Source: an uncultured virus (IMG/VR IMGVR_UViG_3300021255_000141)
Lineage: Duplodnaviria > Heunggongvirae > Uroviricota > Caudoviricetes
Direction: 5' to 3' (one strand)
Virus record (IMG/VR): IMGVR_UViG_3300021255_000141
Length of the DNA: 20,000 nt
Each line of letters begins with the position of its first letter. Within the stretch, counting starts at the first letter, position 1. This document shows positions 8,490 to 15,578 of this stretch, one piece after another. Under the pieces are notes generated by a model. The model was given only the letters and a program-made list of their open reading frames with translations, ran no database searches and had not been told where the DNA came from. The position numbers and the translations under genes were made by a program.

Positions 8490-8684
8490 ATGAGTATGAT
8501 AGAAAGAATAATTGCAATGAATAAACAAAGCGAAGATATAAAATTATCTCTTCCCATGTCAGATGGCATGTTGAGAAGAGTTGGTGAGGCTAGTGAAATG
8601 GCTCTTGATGAAAGAATTAAATATCAAAAAGAAACTATGAATAATTTTATTAAATATAAAGGTAAAGGTGGAAGGAAGTTATAA
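8490..8684 (+). CDS. Hypothetical protein
   Basis: ATG 8490 lies 1 nt after the upstream stop; the track start is GTG 8481. Confidence 0.7.
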   Translation: MSMIERIIAMNKQSEDIKLSLPMSDGMLRRVGEASEMALDERIKYQKETMNNFIKYKGKGGRKL

Positions 8685-8687
8685 AAT

Positions 8688-8936
8688 ATGACACAAGAAG
8701 AAATTAAAATTTTAAGTGAAAGTATGGTAGAATCATCTAAATTAGGAGCAGTTAATGCTTTAGGTTATATTAAAGCAGGTTTTGAAGCATACAAGGCAGT
8801 AGAAATACCTATTGCTAATGAGTATAGAAAAAGAATACCTTACAGAGAAGATAAAGAAGTTCAAACATTTATAGACTTTATGCTTGTATATCTTGACGAG
8901 GCAATTAAAAGTTTGGAGAAGAAAAAGAGTGAATAA
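8688..8936 (+). CDS. Hypothetical protein (MTQEE..., ends KKSE)
   Basis: ORF track. Confidence 0.78.
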   Translation: MTQEEIKILSESMVESSKLGAVNALGYIKAGFEAYKAVEIPIANEYRKRIPYREDKEVQTFIDFMLVYLDEAIKSLEKKKSE

Positions 8937-8938
8937 GA

Positions 8939-9169
8939 ATGATTAAGATATTAAAAAAAGGTAAAATACCAAAGCCTACAAAATTAATCTATAAAATAAC
9001 TTGTCCAAACTGTAAATGTAAATTTGAATTTGAGAATGAAGATTGTATTATAGGTAAAGGAATATTTGGAACTATGACAGTAAAATGTCCTTGTTGTCAT
9101 ACAGAAATGACACAACGTCATTTTGACAATAGAATAGTGGAGGTAGATGAAGATGAAAAAGAAAATTAA
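8939..9169 (+). CDS. Small Zn-ribbon protein
   Basis: CPNC...CPCC pairs (ITCPNCKCKFEF...VKCPCC). Confidence 0.78.
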   Translation: MIKILKKGKIPKPTKLIYKITCPNCKCKFEFENEDCIIGKGIFGTMTVKCPCCHTEMTQRHFDNRIVEVDEDEKEN

Positions 9170-9752
9170 AGCATTATTATATTGCACAAAAGCAAAACCT
9201 ATATTAAGAATTGCAAAAGAAGAAATGAAAGGTCAAAAAAGAGCAAGATGTTATATTAAGGAAGAAACTAAATATTTTACTCAATATATAGAAGAAGAAA
9301 TGTATGAGGCAAATGGTAAAATAATTGCCGAATGTGATTATGAGGTTGAGAAGATAATACCTATTAATGTTGATGATGACGATTATAATTACGGACTTAA
9401 TAGTGGTAAAAATCTATTAAAAGAAAGTTGCTTAACTGATTATGATATTTATGAATATTTGAAAGATTATAATGGAGAAACTATTTTTAAAAAAGGTTAT
9501 GCAATACACATTAAGAACTTACATATATTTGATAAGCCAAAGGAATTAAGTAGTTGTTGGGCAAATACAAACGCTTGGATATTTGACAATGAGAAATTAG
9601 ATGTTGCTCCTCAAAATATGAGGTGTTGTGGAGATTGGAATTTGGAAAAAGCAATTTTAATTTCAATTAAACCTGAATGGCTATGTAAAATCCTTAATAG
9701 AGAAAAGACTATTGAGGTTAGAAAGAAAGTATTAAAGGAGATGTTAAAATGA
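9153..9752 (+). CDS. ASCH-domain protein, apparently circularly permuted (copy 2)
   Basis: Paralog of 1083..1658 with C-terminal ILISIKPEWLCKILNREKTIEVRK. ATG 9153 is well spaced from GGAGGT. Confidence 0.8.
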   Translation: MKKKIKALLYCTKAKPILRIAKEEMKGQKRARCYIKEETKYFTQYIEEEMYEANGKIIAECDYEVEKIIPINVDDDDYNYGLNSGKNLLKESCLTDYDIYEYLKDYNGETIFKKGYAIHIKNLHIFDKPKELSSCWANTNAWIFDNEKLDVAPQNMRCCGDWNLEKAILISIKPEWLCKILNREKTIEVRKKVLKEMLK

Positions 9753-10201
9753 ATAAAGAAGAATGGAAAATTATTCAAGATTTCCCTAATTACGAAATAA
9801 GTAATTATGGGAATGTTAGAAAGAATAAAGTTATTATGGCTACAACAAATGATAATGGATATAAGGTTATTTGCTTATATAATAATGGCAAAAGAAAAAA
9901 GATAGGTGTTCATATTCTAGTTGCTAAATATTTTGTTGATGGTTATAAAAAAGGATTAGTTGTTAATCACAAAGATGAAAATAGAGAGAATAATTATTTT
10001 GAAAATTTAGAATGGCTTACAAGAGGTGGTAACGTTCAATATTCATTATCAAGACCTGTGAAATCTATTGATGATAATGGCAATGAAACATATTATAAAT
10101 CAATATCCGAAACAAGATATTATGGATATAGTTATGGTGATGTTCGAAGAGCGTGTGAAACAAAAATAAAACATAAAGGTTTGAGGTGGGAATATGTCTA
10201 A
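9749..10201 (+). CDS. NUMOD4-HNH homing endonuclease
   Basis: NUMOD4 N-terminus EEWKIIQDFPNYEISNYGNVR; HNH core VHILVAKYF...VNHKDENRENNYFENLEW; short C-terminal helical DNA-binding-like tail. Confidence 0.92.
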   Translation: MNKEEWKIIQDFPNYEISNYGNVRKNKVIMATTNDNGYKVICLYNNGKRKKIGVHILVAKYFVDGYKKGLVVNHKDENRENNYFENLEWLTRGGNVQYSLSRPVKSIDDNGNETYYKSISETRYYGYSYGDVRRACETKIKHKGLRWEYV

Positions 10202-10757
10202 AGAATTAGATGCACTAGAAACATTTAACTATATAATGGCTAGATGTAAAGATGAAGATAGTTATATTATAAAATTCCCTTTAGGTATTCAAAAAGGAAC
10301 AACTTTTGGTGAAGATATGGAAAAAGCATATAAGGTTATCAAACAAGCCTTACAAAGACTAGAAGCAATAGATAATGCTAATCCTAGTGAAGCATTGAAG
10401 TGGCTTGAAAAATATAGACTAACTATTTTATTCAATACAAGTATTGTTGAAAATGCCTTAATCAAAGCACAAGAACAAGAAAAGGAAAATGCTAAATATA
10501 GACAGTTAGAAAAAGAACTAGGTTGTCCGTTAGAAATTGTCGGTAGATTATTATTACATAAAGAACGTTATATGTATACTATCGAAAAAAGTAAATTAAC
10601 TGGTGAAGACTTTATGGATAAACACAAAATAGTGGGAGTAAGTGAATTCGGAGTCTGTATTTTAATTACAAATTATATATTAAAAACTGAGCCTAAATAT
10701 TATGAGTGGAATCAATATGGAAAGACTTGGTGGTTGAAACCAGATAGGAGTGAATGA
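10194..10757 (+). CDS. Modular phage hypothetical protein (MSKE, PSEA, EKENA-GCPLE and KTWWLKPDRSE modules)
   Basis: Carries modules seen separately in 705, 1962 and 5426. Confidence 0.85.
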   Translation: MSKELDALETFNYIMARCKDEDSYIIKFPLGIQKGTTFGEDMEKAYKVIKQALQRLEAIDNANPSEALKWLEKYRLTILFNTSIVENALIKAQEQEKENAKYRQLEKELGCPLEIVGRLLLHKERYMYTIEKSKLTGEDFMDKHKIVGVSEFGVCILITNYILKTEPKYYEWNQYGKTWWLKPDRSE

Positions 10758-10759
10758 GT

Positions 10760-10966
10760 ATGACACAAGCAGAAATGAGAGATAAACTTGTAGTATTAGG
10801 TTATCCAGCATTAGATAGTGTATCAGCATTACGATTAACTAATTTTAATTTTGAAGAGGCTAAAGAATTATTAGATTTATACACTACATCAGATATGAAT
10901 ATTGTTTATAAATTATTAAAACTTATGAAAAGAGTAGAAAAATTAGAAAAGGATAGGAGTGAATAG
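10760..10966 (+). CDS. Small protein with a UBA-like three-helix motif, ends KDRSE
   Basis: LVVLGYPALDSVSALRLTNFNFEEAKELL resembles the UBA pattern (L..MGF......AL..t..n.e.A...L). ATG 10760 fits the junction spacing; the track start is 10754. Confidence 0.6.
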   Translation: MTQAEMRDKLVVLGYPALDSVSALRLTNFNFEEAKELLDLYTTSDMNIVYKLLKLMKRVEKLEKDRSE

Positions 10967-11003
10967 AATATGTGGCTAAATTCAAAAAGAGAGGGAATAA
11001 ATA

Positions 11004-11369
11004 ATGATTCAATATTTATTTATAATGATTTGGTGTCACTTAATTGATGACTATGTATTACAAGGGTGTCTAGCCAAAATGAAACAAAAATCTTTTTGGG
11101 AGGAAAATGCACCTGATAAACTTTATAAGCATGATTATCTTATGGCTTTAACATGTCATGCTCTAATGTGGAGCGTTTCAATAATGATTCCCACAATTAT
11201 TAGTGGTAATTTTATTTGGTGGTTAATACCTATTAATTTTATTATTCATTTTGTAGTAGATGATTTAAAAGCAAACAGGCATAAAATTAATTTAATTACA
11301 GACCAAAGTATACATTTTATACAAATTATTTTAACTTTTTTAACTTGCTATATTTGGCTGAAAGGATAA
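11004..11369 (+). CDS. DUF3307-like membrane protein (copy 2)
   Basis: Motifs HLIDDYVLQ, LTCH, HFVVDDLK and DQSIH. Confidence 0.8.
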   Translation: MIQYLFIMIWCHLIDDYVLQGCLAKMKQKSFWEENAPDKLYKHDYLMALTCHALMWSVSIMIPTIISGNFIWWLIPINFIIHFVVDDLKANRHKINLITDQSIHFIQIILTFLTCYIWLKG

Positions 11370-11375
11370 ATATAT

Positions 11376-11621
11376 ATGACAGTAAATGATTTTCCATACA
11401 GAAAGAAATCTACAATGACATGTGTAGAAAGCAAACTTAATAGATACTATATTTTTACCAGGGAAGAAAAAATGGTAATATTTGTAGAAATATTTGAAGG
11501 GGTTACTTATAAAATTTTAAAGGAATTTAAAATTGATACTCGTATTACTCCTTTATCTGATTCACCATTTGCAAATTGGCTTAATAAAAATAAAGTTACA
11601 AAGGTTGATATAGGTTATTAG
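11376..11621 (+). CDS. Hypothetical protein
   Basis: ORF track; SD AAGGA. Confidence 0.72.
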   Translation: MTVNDFPYRKKSTMTCVESKLNRYYIFTREEKMVIFVEIFEGVTYKILKEFKIDTRITPLSDSPFANWLNKNKVTKVDIGY

Positions 11622-11633
11622 GAGGTGAATAAG

Positions 11634-12047
11634 ATGCTAAACTTCGATAATAGAGGATATCATGATTCAATGAATAAATATAGAGGACACAATTTTATAA
11701 ATGCTAAAAATTGGTTTAATGAAATAGAGCCTTTTACATTTAGTTATACTAGACCATGTTTAGATTGGTATGAAACTCAAAAAGTAGAAATTAGGTGGAA
11801 TGATTTTGACGAGTTTAGATTAGAATTGAGATTTGGACCTAGTGTTTGGTTAGTTGGTATAGTTTTATATAGTGATAGAAACGAAATTGAGGAATATCAA
11901 ATAGGAGAGTTTGAACATAAAGAAGATTTAGAAAGATTTATTGAATGGAATAAGAAATTATGTAAAAATGGCGGAACTGCTATTAAAAAAATAACTTGTT
12001 TACATAATGGATTATTTGATTATTTTGATTTAAAGGAGTGGAAATAA
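11634..12047 (+). CDS. Hypothetical protein
   Basis: ATG 11634 follows AGGAGGTGA; the track start is GTG 11625. Confidence 0.8.
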   Translation: MLNFDNRGYHDSMNKYRGHNFINAKNWFNEIEPFTFSYTRPCLDWYETQKVEIRWNDFDEFRLELRFGPSVWLVGIVLYSDRNEIEEYQIGEFEHKEDLERFIEWNKKLCKNGGTAIKKITCLHNGLFDYFDLKEWK

Positions 12048-12049
12048 AT

Positions 12050-12511
12050 ATGAAATATATAAAGCGTTATTTTAATGTATATGATTTTGATAATTTTGAT
12101 TTAACAACAGCAACAGGTACTACAGAATTTGAGAATGATTATTTACCTCGAATAAAATGTAGTATGATTGTAAGAGCAATAGAAGAAGAAAAATTAAATC
12201 AAGATAATACGAACTACATATTTGAGTTTGAAAGAGAATATTGGAGCGAAGAAAGAATATATAATGAAATACATAAATATCCAATCGCAGATGGTAAATA
12301 TCTATATAGAGGTAATTTATATAGAAAAGATTTATTTGAAGAAATGGTATCGAGCAAAAAACCTTTTGATTTGGTAATGAAAATTAAAACTTATGAGGAT
12401 TTAAAAGAAGAGTTTAAATTAGATGAAATGCTTGAAAATCATTATGGAGTAAATACTAGAGGTTTATCCTATAAAGAAAAAGTAGAAATGTATAATAAAT
12501 TTAGGTGGTAA
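12050..12511 (+). CDS. Hypothetical protein
   Basis: ATG 12050 follows AAGGAG. Confidence 0.8.
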   Translation: MKYIKRYFNVYDFDNFDLTTATGTTEFENDYLPRIKCSMIVRAIEEEKLNQDNTNYIFEFEREYWSEERIYNEIHKYPIADGKYLYRGNLYRKDLFEEMVSSKKPFDLVMKIKTYEDLKEEFKLDEMLENHYGVNTRGLSYKEKVEMYNKFRW

Positions 12512-12518
12512 TATAATT

Positions 12519-12740
12519 ATGACAGACATGGAAAAATATAAAAAATTAGAATTTGAAAAAAACAATATTAGAGATTTAATTGACGGTTCATTAAATCGTA
12601 TATCTATTACAGATGATGACGAAGAAAGATATAGACAATTTTATTCTGTATCTAGAAACGCTTTAATTTATATAAAACTAAGTAGGGAGGCTCATGAGTT
12701 ATTTGAGAACATTAATAGAACAAACAAAATACAAAATTAA
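12519..12740 (+). CDS. Hypothetical protein
   Basis: ORF track. Confidence 0.72.
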   Translation: MTDMEKYKKLEFEKNNIRDLIDGSLNRISITDDDEERYRQFYSVSRNALIYIKLSREAHELFENINRTNKIQN

Positions 12741-12996
12741 ATTTCTTGAAGAAAAAAAAGAATCTGAGGGAAGATTATCTATTTTTGATAAATTAGAACT
12801 TGAATATTATCAAAAAGTATTAAAGGAACTTGAGATATCTGATTCCACAGGATATGAGGCAGATGATGTATTCATGGCAATAACTAACAAAAATACTATA
12901 AAATTCTGTGGAGATGCATATTATGGAGAGTTTTCAAAGGATAGTTGGTTAAGGTTCATTAAAGAATGCATAGATGCATATAAAAAACTTAACTAA
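12694..12996 (+). CDS. Hypothetical protein
   Basis: ORF track; SD GGGAGG; overlaps the previous gene by 47 nt. Confidence 0.72.
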   Translation: MSYLRTLIEQTKYKIKFLEEKKESEGRLSIFDKLELEYYQKVLKELEISDSTGYEADDVFMAITNKNTIKFCGDAYYGEFSKDSWLRFIKECIDAYKKLN

Positions 12997-13001
12997 AATT
13001 A

Positions 13002-13030
13002 TTGACATATTATATAACATTTGTTATAAT
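13002..13030 (+). promoter_or_regulatory. Consensus sigmaA/sigma70 promoter with extended -10
   Basis: TTGACA (13002-13007), 17-nt spacer ending TGT, TATAAT (13025-13030). Confidence 0.88.
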
Positions 13031-13059
13031 AATAGTATAGAGATTGGAGGAAAGAAAAA

Positions 13060-13221
13060 ATGTTAAAAAGTGTATTATATATAATTCTTATGACACTTAT
13101 TTTTATTGGAATCACACTATTAGTTCTTTTTATATCAGGGTGGTTTGCGTTGTTATTTATTTTATTAACAGCAGTAAATGGATTAGTATTTTATAAGGTA
13201 ATGAAGGAAAAGGAGCAATAA
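13060..13221 (+). CDS. 53-aa two-TM membrane protein (absent from ORF track)
   Basis: MLKSVLYIILMTLIFIGITLLVLFISGWFALLFILLTAVNGLVFYKVMKEKEQ*; SD GGAGG; first gene after the promoter. Confidence 0.75.
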   Translation: MLKSVLYIILMTLIFIGITLLVLFISGWFALLFILLTAVNGLVFYKVMKEKEQ

Positions 13222-13224
13222 AAC

Positions 13225-13920
13225 ATGGACGCAAGAAAAGAAATAGAATTAGCAATTAAAAAAGAAAATCCTAATTGGGACGGAAAGACATTTGATTATG
13301 GCTGCAATATTTATGAAAATGTATTAGAATGCTACGAGGCAATTCAACCTATAATCGAGAAGGCAGGTCATAGTGGAATGTCTTATGGAATGTTTTGTAA
13401 TATTTTTAAAAGATTATTAGACGGTAAAGTGTTAACTCCACTTACTGATGATGATTTTGATGAAGAGCCTGACTGGGAGGATACAGACGGAAGTAAACAT
13501 TATCAATCAAATAGATATTCAGCATTTTTCAAAAGTGTAGATAAAAAAGGTAATGTATCATACAGTGATAATGAAAGAATTGTTTCTATAGACCAATATG
13601 GAATGAGTTGGCATAGTGGAGCAACAGAAAGAGAATGCTGGGATTTAATTCCACAAATTACTCTTCCTTATATGCCGCTTGATAAACCTATTAAAATTTA
13701 TCGTTGGGAATTTTCTTACGATAAAGCAACAGGGTCTATTTACAAGGAAAGAGGACAATTTAATGGTGAATATATCGATAGAATTGTTTTTCCAGACGGC
13801 AACGTTGTAAAGGTTAATAGACTTTTCATCGATGACGAGCCTAGAAAAATAAATAAAAGCCTTTTCAAAAGATTAGAGGCGTTTATTAAAGAGGATGTGA
13901 AGGAATTTGAAAAGAATTAG
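13225..13920 (+). CDS. Phage hypothetical protein with a GHSGxS...LTPLT motif
   Basis: 231-aa ORF; SD AAGGAG. The motif is familiar from uncharacterised phage proteins; function unknown. Confidence 0.8.
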   Translation: MDARKEIELAIKKENPNWDGKTFDYGCNIYENVLECYEAIQPIIEKAGHSGMSYGMFCNIFKRLLDGKVLTPLTDDDFDEEPDWEDTDGSKHYQSNRYSAFFKSVDKKGNVSYSDNERIVSIDQYGMSWHSGATERECWDLIPQITLPYMPLDKPIKIYRWEFSYDKATGSIYKERGQFNGEYIDRIVFPDGNVVKVNRLFIDDEPRKINKSLFKRLEAFIKEDVKEFEKN

Positions 13921-14197
13921 TTTATTAATTTTAACTATTATATCTTTATTTTCATTATCATCATGTAAACTTCCTGCAAAGGTCGATTATACTAGAACTA
14001 ACTCAACTGTTAGAGTTGAAAGTGTAATTGTATACAAGGATTCTTATTCAAATTATAAAACATCATTCTCAGAATCAGACAGTGTAAAACTTTATTTTAA
14101 TCCTGATAAAAAATGTTTAAAAATAGTTACTAAGGATTCTAAAACACAATATTATTATTTTAGTGAAGATGAAACATTAAAAGTTATTTATAAGTAG
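13907..14197 (+). CDS. Putative lipoprotein
   Basis: MKR, hydrophobic stretch, lipobox-like LSSC (Cys20); TTG start. Confidence 0.75.
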   Translation: MKRISLLILTIISLFSLSSCKLPAKVDYTRTNSTVRVESVIVYKDSYSNYKTSFSESDSVKLYFNPDKKCLKIVTKDSKTQYYYFSEDETLKVIYK

Positions 14198-14207
14198 GCG
14201 AAAAAAA

Positions 14208-14558
14208 ATGAAAGAACAAGAAATTGTATTAGATGTAATTAATACTCTAAAACCTTATTTAGGTAATGGGGTTGATGATATTATCAAAAAAATAAAATCT
14301 AAATATCAAATAGAGGAAAAACTTCCAACATTAAGAGAATATATCAACGAGCATGCAAAGGGAGCGTATCATCGTTTTATATTTGAAATTTCTTACATAA
14401 CAATAACTGTATGTGATGTTTACGATTTTGAGAGTTTTTATAATAAAGATTTACTCGACCAATATTATGTAACAGGCGACAAAAAGGAATATTTCGGTAA
14501 TAACTGCACAAATTATGAGTGCAGACATCATTTAACTTTAGAGAGGATAAAAAAATGA
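14208..14558 (+). CDS. Hypothetical protein
   Basis: ORF track; ATGA overlap with the next gene. Confidence 0.75.
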   Translation: MKEQEIVLDVINTLKPYLGNGVDDIIKKIKSKYQIEEKLPTLREYINEHAKGAYHRFIFEISYITITVCDVYDFESFYNKDLLDQYYVTGDKKEYFGNNCTNYECRHHLTLERIKK

Positions 14559-14833
14559 ATAACGATATAAAAACAATAAAAAATTTACTAATAAATTTAA
14601 AATATTTCAACGGAATATCAATCGATACAGATATAATCGACTTATGCGATAAATTATCCATAATAACTGAAACATTCGAAATAATAAAAAAATATAACGT
14701 TGATATCCTACGAATAAGGAAATCAAAATCTGTCAAGGAGTATAACCAGGCAGCCAAAATTAACTATCATGATGAAATATCACCTGAGACATTCAACAAA
14801 ATTAAGGAGGTAATAAAATGCAACGAGCAGTAA
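14555..14833 (+). CDS. Hypothetical protein (EIIKKY...KEVI type)
   Basis: ATG 14555 follows GAGG; weak similarity to the 4396 ORF. Confidence 0.72.
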   Translation: MNNDIKTIKNLLINLKYFNGISIDTDIIDLCDKLSIITETFEIIKKYNVDILRIRKSKSVKEYNQAAKINYHDEISPETFNKIKEVIKCNEQ

Positions 14834-15027
14834 CAAAAAAACAAATAGGCAGTGAGGACAAATTAACTCAATACGCAATAGGATTCTCTGATATCCCTGA
14901 GGGTGCCGAGGTCGAGGTAATACAGAGACGATTTGTAAATTATTATGGAGTCTGGGTTATCGTCAGATATAACGGCAGAATCTATTATACATCAGAGGAC
15001 AATTTAAAATTCGAGGAGGAGAATTAA
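14818..15027 (+). CDS. Small protein, possible SH3-like beta-barrel
   Basis: IPEGAEVEVI...WVIVRYNGRIYYT...NL resembles the bacterial SH3 pattern; SD AAGGAGGT. Confidence 0.55.
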   Translation: MQRAVTKKQIGSEDKLTQYAIGFSDIPEGAEVEVIQRRFVNYYGVWVIVRYNGRIYYTSEDNLKFEEEN

Positions 15028-15028
15028 A

Positions 15029-15334
15029 ATGGAATACGACGGACACTACAAATATCAAATTATGTTCCAGGACGAATATAACAATTTATATCTAGTCGGA
15101 TTTTATAACGACTTATCCGAGGCTGAGCGAGATGTAAACGAGGAAATCAAGAATTACCTACTCGACGCTGAGTCATACGATAACGACGATACACTATCCA
15201 TGGAGTGCAGATTCGGGTCTGATACAGTTCTAGGTGAACTCAGAGAATATCCAGGAACATTCGGTATGTGTATCGATAAAGAAATCTACGTCGAGGACGG
15301 AGCAATTTACGTCCGAGGGTTTGTATTCAGATAA
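15029..15334 (+). CDS. Hypothetical acidic protein
   Basis: ORF track; SD GGAGGAG. Confidence 0.8.
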   Translation: MEYDGHYKYQIMFQDEYNNLYLVGFYNDLSEAERDVNEEIKNYLLDAESYDNDDTLSMECRFGSDTVLGELREYPGTFGMCIDKEIYVEDGAIYVRGFVFR

Positions 15335-15389
15335 ACAATAAAACCGCCCAAAACAGGGCATAAAATGAGAAATACAGGGGGTTATAACA

Positions 15390-15578
15390 GTGACTAACAG
15401 TGAAATAATAAAAAATCTACTTAAAATTATGTTATCCGAGGCTACGAGGGACGAGTTATACGATGAGATATCTAATATACATATCGCATTATCGGATTAT
15501 GAGAAATCCATGAGGATGAGTCAGGCAGTAATCAGAAAACACATAACAAATAAAATCAAGGGAGGAAAACGACTATGA
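15390..15578 (+). CDS. Hypothetical protein
   Basis: GTG start after AGGGGG; ATGA overlap with the next gene. Confidence 0.65.
   Translation: MTNSEIIKNLLKIMLSEATRDELYDEISNIHIALSDYEKSMRMSQAVIRKHITNKIKGGKRL

Larger units (their letters stand above)
484..10966 (+). repeat. Dispersed gene-junction repeat GATAGGAGTGA-(A/G)-stop ('DRSE*' motif)
   Basis: Exact 11-mer GATAGGAGTGA starts at 484, 1065, 2618, 5957, 10743 and 10952. Degenerate copies start at 7136 (DKSE), 8142 (ERCE), 8474 (GRSE) and 8922 (KKSE). Each forms the last four codons plus stop of a gene (7136 only after frameshift repair) and is followed 1-3 nt later by ATG. Confidence 0.92.

Noticed and set aside
1371..9551. ASCH paralog blocks as a DGR template/variable repeat pair
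   Set aside because: Several mismatches involve A, but most are synonymous third positions in an A-rich genome. Both copies are intact genes and no reverse transcriptase is seen.
484..10966. DRSE repeats as a CRISPR array or classical integron attC sites
   Set aside because: The repeats are 11-15 nt, coding, non-palindromic and irregularly spaced by whole genes. No attC hairpin, integrase or cas gene is present in the window.
15346..15359. GCCC-N6-GGGC hairpin as a terminator
   Set aside because: The stem is only 4 bp and there is no U-tract on the + strand.
8664..15578. Similar C-termini KGGRKL (8684) and KGGKRL (15578), and other EV/GD/EE endings
   Set aside because: These are explained by an embedded SD for the next gene; DNA identity does not extend beyond it.
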